Part shown: positions 56,115 through 64,000 of the stretch, piece by piece
How positions within the stretch are numbered: position 1 is the first letter of the stretch
How the letters are laid out: each line of letters starts with the position of its first letter
Assembly: GCF_009914755.1 (NCBI RefSeq)
Contig: NC_060925.1
DNA: 64,000 nt
Strand: one strand, 5' to 3'
Source of the DNA: the human T2T-CHM13v2.0 reference genome, Homo sapiens
Program-made: the position numbers and the translations under genes
The notes under the pieces: model-generated
The model's database searches: none
Seen by the model: the letters and a program-made list of their open reading frames with translations, nothing else
What the model was told of the DNA's origin: nothing

Positions 56115-57240
56115 ATCAGGGTTTGACGTTTTCTAAAAGTTGAGAAAGAGAAATTCTAACCTTGCCACCAGCAGAACAGTATGGAGAATGCCTTCTGTCC
56201 ATCCTTGACATTTCTGCTTATAAAGAAGGACAAGAGGAATGGCTCCATGTGGGGGTGACCCCAGACAGAGAAGGCCTCAGCATGGTGCTAAATCAAGTCA
56301 GTGACAGGCTCCGGCTGCCTGGATTCTTCCTGAGCAGTGGCTTTCTCTCCCAGTCACTCTGAGGCTGTGGGGATAAGAGCGACGCATCACAGCAAATGGG
56401 ATCTTTGGGAGCTCACGCTTTTCATGTCTGCAATCTGGTGGCTCTGGAATAGGACCAGAGTGACAAAGCTACCTCTTCTCTCCAGGAGAAAATATGTTTT
56501 TCTCATGTGAAGGTAGAGGAAAGAAAGAAGAAATGGAAAAACTCCTCCCACAGTGTTAGTAAACTGTGGGTGCAACTCAGCTCTCGAGAAAGAGGAGAAA
56601 GAGGGTGGTGAGGTGAAGCCCATTCTCAGGGACAGCAGGAGCCAGTCAGCTGCAGGGATAATGGGAAGCTGGGGTTCACACCTAACTTGAAACATTTGTT
56701 TGGGGTATTCTCTGTGGATCTTCTGGGCCAACTTACTCTAAAAGAAAACATAGTATAGTCAGAAAAGAACAGTCTGAGTTTCTGTATTGATCCCTAATGA
56801 GTTCTATCATCTTATGTAAATTTCCACCTTGCTGACGTATTTTTTTTTTATTTTGGAAATGAAAGTATGAACATTTATCTCTGAAGACTAGTGGGAAGGT
56901 TACATCAAATAGTTTCTGCTCTGCACCTTTCACATAGTAGGTATTTATAAACATTGCTTTTCTTCTGCTGCATCTGGAATCAAAAGACATTTCATCCTTC
57001 CTTTTGTACATTTTCATCCTAGTAAATTATTAGAATGAAGAATCTCTGGCTTCTCCCTCAATTTTTATGGACTTTGCTATGAAGTAACATTTCATTTCTG
57101 CCACATCTAAATGTGTACTTGTCTTGACTTTGAGACAAAAAGGTGGATAAATCTATTAGTAATTAGCATTAACTGGTAGAGATCTGGCAAGATAGATTTT
57201 CCTGAGACGGACAAAGAGTTTTATGAACAGAGAAGAATCA

Positions 57241-57550
<310 letters not shown>

Positions 57551-58329
57551 TCAATTTTACCTTTGTGCAGGGAAAAACATATATACCAGAACACATGACT
57601 GGCAACTGTATGAAAACATTTTGGAGGACAGGAGGGAAACCGCCAGGCAGAGATAATTGGAAGCCAGTTGTATCTTGTCAAACACTACATTCCCAAACAC
57701 TCCAGCACTCTGTGAAGTGTTTGAAATAGCAGGTCTCCAGGACTCCAGCACCCACACTCCCATGTTCTGACTGATACAAAGTTTTCCTTTCCTCCTCCAT
57801 CATTTGGAAACTCACTAACTTCAAAAAAACAAACAGAGAAGAGCTGCCCTTTGAATAAATGCCCCTAAAACACATATTTTTATATTATATGATAGGAGAA
57901 ACTTTGAAAGTGGAACAAAGGCAGGAAGCAAAAGTTTTCCTGTTCATGCCAAACATTCCTGAAAGAATTCCAAGCAAGAAAGGACAAATTTTTTTTCTGA
58001 TTATATGCTTTGTTTTTTATTGTTTTGCCTTACTTCAACTCTCTGAACAATATTTCCCTAAATATTTTCTCCCTTGAGGATTGGAGTCATGGAAAATGGT
58101 TCCATAGTTTTGGGTGCTTTAACATGGAATGTTTTACAAAGCTTCCAAAAGCCCTTGACACAAACGTGATGAAAAATTATTAAACTCCTCTCACCAGAGT
58201 AGTTTCCTTTTGAGGTAAGCATTGCTCTTTTCCTGTACGTATTTTTTAAATGCCCATGTTCCTGGAAAAATGCAATGACTGTTTTAAGAAAGAGGAAATA
58301 CAAAGACAATACATTCTGTGTCTTTTCTT

Positions 58330-58530
58330 TTCTAAGGACATTCCATATGCTTTTTATTTTACCTTCATGACATCCTTGTGGAGAATATTTTCTCCATTTT
58401 ACACAAGAGGATGTTTAGGTGAAGAAAGATTTGCTAATTCGGCAACATTGTCCAGCCCAAAAGTTATGGAGGCAACATTCAAACCTAGGTCTGCTCAACT
58501 TACGTATTATACTTATTCTCATTATTCAGC
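58330..58530 (-). mobile_element. MIR
   Basis: CTCCATTTTACACAAGAGG...ATTCAAACCTAGGTCTG. Confidence 0.65.
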
Positions 58531-58779
58531 TGGACCTCCCAATGGGGTTCTAGGTACTTGATCACTGAGAATAGTGGAGGAAGAGAGTCAAGCAAGAAGA
58601 CAATAAAGGCACATTTCGCCTACAGCACCTTTGCAGAAGCTGCCCAGCTCCTTGATGTAATTATTCCTAAGACAGTAACAACTCCAGATCAGAACTTCAG
58701 AGGATATTTGTGATACTGTAAAATAGGGGACCTTAAAATGGGCTACTTTTTCCAGGAGCAAGAATTGTTATAGCCTATA

Positions 58780-59160
58780 TCTATTCACATATTTGTTCAA
58801 CATTTTTGAGTACATGCTCTTTTCCAGCATATACTAGGAGTTAGGAGCTATTCAAAGATGAGTAAGATGTTAATCAAATCCTCAAGAAAGAAGGACTAAT
58901 AATTTAGTGAGAAAATGTTCCTGCTGGAGACATGCACACAGAATGACAAGCCTGGATATAAAATGAATAACCACCATAAGAAAATGATAGATTAAATGCC
59001 ATCTATTAATAGTTAAGAGAATGGAGAGATTATTATAAGTTATAATTATCAGGGTTGGCTTCATGGAGGAGATGGCATTTTATCAGAGATTTTAAATACA
59101 GGTAAAAGTCATATACATAATGATGGGGTACAGAGCAAAGGCACAGAGAGAAAAAAGTTA
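58780..59160 (-). mobile_element. L2 fragment
   Basis: TTGTTCAACATTTTGAGTAC...; GGCTTCATGGAGGAGATGGCATTT. Confidence 0.65.
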
Positions 59161-59399
59161 TCACATGAAGTCATTAATCACTCTATTCTCTGCCTAGATT
59201 CTTTCTAAGGTCTAGTGTCATGGACCACTAGGCCTGACTTAGAAATGTCTTCTTAATAGATTTCTTTCTTCCCTTTGCAAAAACGTTAAAAAGTAGGGGC
59301 ACATTTTAGATTTAAATGGATAAAGATGTCAGATGTCAACACACACACAAAAAAAAACAAGAAGCAGACACATAAATTCTGCATTCAGTAAATGCAGGA

Positions 59400-61700
59400 C
59401 ACCTGCAATTTACAACCAGAATATGTGAAAAAGAAAAGTAAATGAAAGTAGTAATAAATTTGAAACTCAATTACACAGAGGAGACAGGGGTACCAATGAG
59501 AGGCAAGCCACCTCACCCAACAGAAACCCAGAAAAATGCAGAATGGTAAACAACAGATAAAATGAACTAGAATAAGGTGTGGGATATAAATCAGGGAAAT
59601 TCACTGAAATGGTGTTTGTATGCTAGGTCCCTATCCTGACCCTACCCAGCCAATCAACGATTTCTTCTTCATCCACGACAGATCAGAAGACCTTTCTTTT
59701 AAGTAAATCTGCAGACTTGGAATAAAGACCTCTAGATGCTAATATTTGAGGTTCCTTAATATAGGATACCCTATAGTAGAGCCTATCACTAGTGTGCATG
59801 AAGTTTTTTGACAGTTACTTTTAAACCTATCATTTTTAAATAAGCTTTTTAATGCTTGTCATAAGTAGGAAAAGATGGCTAAGTGTCATCTATCATGAAA
59901 GGCATGACCAAATAAGCAGGAAATAAGGAACTCAGTAGAAAGAGAGAGAAATCAGGAAACAGAAGAAAATGTTAAAATAAGTTATGATTAATATTCCCAG
60001 AGAGATAAAGGAAGATATTGCTTCCATGACACTGGAACAGATGCAATAGTAAAGAAAAAGAAGGAAGGAGGGTGGGGAGGGAGAAAAAGAAAGAGGAGGA
60101 AGAGGAAGAAAAAGAATAGGACAGAGAAGAATCCTAGAACAAGAAAGGCTCCTGGATATTAACAACACAATAGTTAATTTAAAATAAAAACACTTAAATA
60201 GAAGGATTGGAGGATAGAGTTCAGACAACATATAAGAAAGTAGGACAGGCTGGGTGTGATGGCTCACGCCTGTAATCCCAGCACCTTGGGAGGCCGAGGT
60301 GGGTAGATCACAAGGTCAAAAGATCGAGACCATCCTGGCCAACATGGTGAAACCCCGTCTCTACTAAAAATACAAAAATTAGCTGGGCATGGTGGCTCAT
60401 GCCTGTAATCCCAGCTACTTGGGAGGCTGAGGCAGGAGAATCGCTTGAACTCGTGGGCAGAAGTTGCAGTGAGCCAAGATCGCGCCACTGCACTCCAGCC
60501 TGATGACAGAGCAAGAACCCCGTCTCAAAAAAAAAAAAAAGAAGAAGAAGAAAGTAGGACAAAAAGATAAAAATATTGTCTATGGGAGTGATAAATTTTT
60601 TTTAAATGAGGTAAGTAAATAGGGAACTCTAGAAAACAAAGGAAATCAGAGGGAATAAATAAATAATATAATTGATTCCAGAATTCAAGCAGTTTTTATT
60701 TATATTGAAAAATATATTAAGACCAATGAATGAAAAAGGATATCACAGAGTCACAGTAGCATCATGACATTTTACATTACCGAAAAAAAGACCCTATAAA
60801 CTTGAAGCGATGGAGAAAAAAATTATATTCAAAGGATTCAGGACCTGAATGACATCAGACTTCTGAATTTTAATGTAAGTCAGAAGATACTGAGCAGCAC
60901 TTTCAAAATTCGGAGGCATAATGACTCTCCACTCAAAACGCTCAATGTAGCTAAATGAGAGATCAAGTGTGAAGGTAGAATAAAGACATTTGCAAACATG
61001 CAGGGTCTTAAAAATGTGTTTCTCATGCATCCTTTCTCTCAGGAACATTCGAGAAGATGGGCTCTTTGAAAGCAGAAAAGGAAACTGGGAAAGAAGGATA
61101 CATGGAAGCTAGGAAATAGAGACTTTCGCATAGCGTAGAGGTGAAGGAAAGTCCCAGGAAGAAAGTGAACAGAATTTCCAGGATGGCTGGTGCAGAGCAG
61201 GCTTGGCGACTAAATAATCCAGATTACAGCAGGAGTCCAGAGAGACCCAGAAGGGATATTTCCAGGAGACAAATAACAGTGAAGGAACTTATAGATCATC
61301 TCACACATTTAGTGGCAGAAAATTGTATTCAGAGGCTAGTGGAGGTTATTCAAAGACATAGTCAAAATTTCACGGAAAAACAAGCAAATGAAGGGGAAAA
61401 ATCAGGTAATTAGTCACTGTGATATGACTATACTGGTAAGATGGAAGAATAGGAGGCATTCTAAGAATGCTATATTCTCTCTACCCTAAAACCAGGAAGG
61501 GGAGAAGAGAGAAGAGGAGAGGGGATGGGGAAAAGAAAGAGGAAACGGAGGAGAAGAAAATAAAAAGAAAACCCTAAAAAAAAAAAAAACCAAAAAGACA
61601 GGTTAGAAGTTGTTGCCTCTGGAAAGCAGAACAGGATGGATGGTGAGAAGACCCCAGCCCTCAAAAAACCTTTAAATTATGTCTATGTTTTGATAAAATA
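59400..61700 (+). mobile_element. HAL1 (half-L1) relic, interrupted by Alu
   Basis: CAGAGAGATAAAGGAAGATATTGCTTCCATGA, ATAGAAGGATTGGAGGATAGAGTT, GAAGGTAGAATAAAGACATTT and GAGGTGAAGGAAAGTCCCAGG motifs. Confidence 0.7.
60248..60547 (+). mobile_element. AluSc-like
   Basis: GGTCAAAAGATCGAGACCATCCTGGCC; TSD AAGAAAGTAGGACA. Confidence 0.96.
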
Positions 61701-62143
61701 AATTAAAATGTCCAAAGACTAAGATTTAGAGTTAGGTTTATATAAGCATGAAGATAGGTGGTTAGTCTAAAAATTCCCCATTCCTTCCCACTCCAAATAA
61801 ACAGCTAAAATGTGGTTTAAAGGAGGACTTAATAAAGTGCTGTCTACCCATGGGGAACAACAATTTCTGGTTTAGAACTGAATTGAGGCTCTTTTAATTT
61901 CCAAAATTTAGGACACAGATTTTAAAATGTTACTGTATGTTTTATACTAGCTCATTCTCATGTGTACTTACAGTTGAAAAACGTCTATTAGCATTGAGGA
62001 AAGCTCAAAATTTGATTGAATGCTAAACAAATACATATAATTGAACATTGTGTGAAACTAAGTACTTATCCAGTGAATAAAATCAACAGTTACAACAATG
62101 TTAGACTGAACATGCTGCAATTTCTGTGTACTTTTCTTCTCAG

Positions 62144-62158
62144 ATTGTTTAGTAACAG
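62144..62158 (+). other. candidate 15-nt microexon
   Basis: tttctgtgtacttttcttctcag|ATTGTTTAGTAACAG|gtaaga: strong acceptor and donor; length divisible by 3. Confidence 0.25.
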
Positions 62159-62169
62159 GTAAGAAATAA

Positions 62170-62830
62170 AAATGTTTACATAAGTAAGGATGTTCTCAAA
62201 GATTTACGTCCAAGAATAATCATCCTTGTACTGTTTATAACAGTTAAAGATTGAAAACTACTTAAAAGACAGTCAATGGAGTATTGGTTGAATAATGTGA
62301 TGTATTTTTATAATGGAATATACCCATCTGATACTTAAAAACATTATTGGTTACCAAACCAAAAAATATGTTTACAATATTTTTAAGAGAAATAAGCAGA
62401 ACTCCAAACTCTGCATTCAATGTGATCCCATATTCAATATCCTTTGTTTTATTTATATATTTTTGCTATATTTTACCTCAATTAGAATCCTACTCTATAA
62501 CCTACTGACTGTGTGTTTGAAAGTTACTTAAGGCTTAAATTTTTAGCTTTCAATTCATTATGTGTAAAATAGGAATACTAGTAGTACCTACACAATAAGG
62601 TTGTTGTGTAGAGTAAATGAATTAATGTATATTAAATGCTTTGAACATTTCCTGGCATATGGTAATCATGATCTGTCAGTTGCTGATGTTCTTATTAGTA
62701 GCAATAGAAGGAGATGAAGTACTATTATATGGGCCATCAATGGTTTTCTCTGGAAGGTGGAATTCTGGGGACCTTAGTTTCTTTCCTTAGTTAATAAACT
62801 TTTTACAATAAGTTTGTTGCTCTCTTGTAA
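62170..62830 (+). mobile_element. L1ME-type 3' fragments with nested MIR (~62490-62700)
   Basis: CTGTTTATAACAG..AAAGATTGAAAAC, ATAATGGAATATAC; MIR TGTAAAATAGGAATACTAGTAGTACCTAC. Confidence 0.55.
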
Positions 62831-62959
62831 GAAAAAACCAGATTTTAGTAATAATTTTAAAAGCATAGATTTAATAATAGAAAAAAATAAGATGATGCTT
62901 CTCCCACAGATAGTCTCATAAAAAGTGGGAGAACAATTCTATTTTTTTCTTCTTTAAAT

Positions 62960-63630
62960 AATTCTCCCATTAGTGTGTTGACAGTGTTACTCAAGAGATT
63001 TCCAGGGATCTACACATAGATTTTTGATGGTCCAAAAGTTTTCTTAAATAATATTTTAATTTAGATTGGTTTAATTCTAAAAAATTACCATGAGCATGTC
63101 TGGATCTTCCAGATGCTACACATACACACAAACACTGCCAAGTGATTGCAGCACATCGTGACTGTCTCAGGGTAAGAAAAGAACAGTCTTAATTGTAATG
63201 ATGTCGTTTTGCCAAATAGGATTCCATTGACCTAATACCACATTGAAGGAATGAAGGTTTTGCTGTGTTGTATACTGAACAGAAGAAAGTGGTGTAAGAA
63301 ATGAATCGTGCCAAGCTTAGAATCTCAAAAGAACTGGGATCACAGCACTCCCATATCTGTGATGTGGTTTGCTTTGGCAAACACCATACATCACAATAAA
63401 TGTAAACGATTAATTCCAATTTTACAGTGTTTATACTATTTTTACATTTAATTTTATAAATTCATTTGCGATTTATAGTGGTTTAAGGACCTGAAGCTTT
63501 TATTAGGAAATTATACTTAGTTTTATGTTTATATGCTTAAGTGACATAATAAAAATAAACAGTGAGTGTTTATGAGAAATATTTTTTCTCTAAATGGGGT
63601 ACACGCGTTCAAGATTGATAAATGATATAC
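62960..63630 (+). mobile_element. hAT-Charlie transposon relic with transposase C-terminus
   Basis: ~63253-63399 translates EGFAVLYTEQKKVV*EMNRAKLRISKELGSQHSHICDVVCFGKHHTSQ*, resembling the Charlie dimerisation end (E.GFS.L...K.RNRL...LR..LS...P.I..L...KQ.H.SH*); CAGTG-type left terminus. Confidence 0.5.
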
Positions 63631-64000
63631 TGTGCAAGCTCTGACTAGAATAGAATTTTAATTTAAATTAATTAAAATATTTAAAAATTCTTATTATAGT
63701 TATAACACCGGGCTAGCAGTCTGAGTACTACAGAAGGCATTTACGCTATGTTCTGGTTCTTGATGGTTTCACAATTTTTAAGACATTATTCATGAAACTA
63801 TTAATATTAAGTAGCAAAATAAGATAGCATGTGGTTAAGTACCTGGAGTTGTTCAGACAGTAAATGTCTAGGAGTTTAGCTCAGGGGAAAAGCCCAGAGG
63901 GTTGGAATGGTGAAGGAAGGCTGCCAGGGGGAGTTGGAACTTTAACTTCTAGTCTTGAGGGAGGAGCAGGAGGGATTCCAGCCAGAGGACTCTCATAGAA

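Overview
Non-coding primate genomic DNA: AT-rich, CpG-depleted and carrying AluJ/S/Y elements, so most likely human or another catarrhine. It reads as an intergenic region or a very large intron. I find no supportable protein-coding gene, CpG island or intact RNA gene. The listed ORFs are Alu read-throughs or short random frames; two of them overlap a decayed LINE. The window is a layered repeat archive: 21 Alus (most with visible target-site duplications), many MIR/L2/L3 fragments, old L1M/L1P/HAL1 pieces, about 7 ERV1/ERVL/MaLR solo LTRs, and hAT and TcMar DNA transposons. These are separated by repeat-poor blocks rich in transcription-factor motifs that look like candidate enhancers. Items most worth checking: a very decayed RTE-clade reverse-transcriptase relic (~41.06-42.9 kb) with a duplicated 115-bp segment; a tRNA-Ile-headed (MamSINE1-like) relic at ~23.1 kb; a twin-primed 5'-inverted L1 inside a multi-level nested insertion (25.0-28.5 kb); a candidate 15-nt microexon at 62144-62158; an ACGT/ATF4 motif cluster; a TALE motif cluster; two perfect inverted repeats; and a 40-bp duplication whose only differences are CpG decay. 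Repeat family names come from recalled consensus sequences, not from a search, and boundaries of old repeats are approximate. I do not see convincing evidence of a novel multi-gene biological system.
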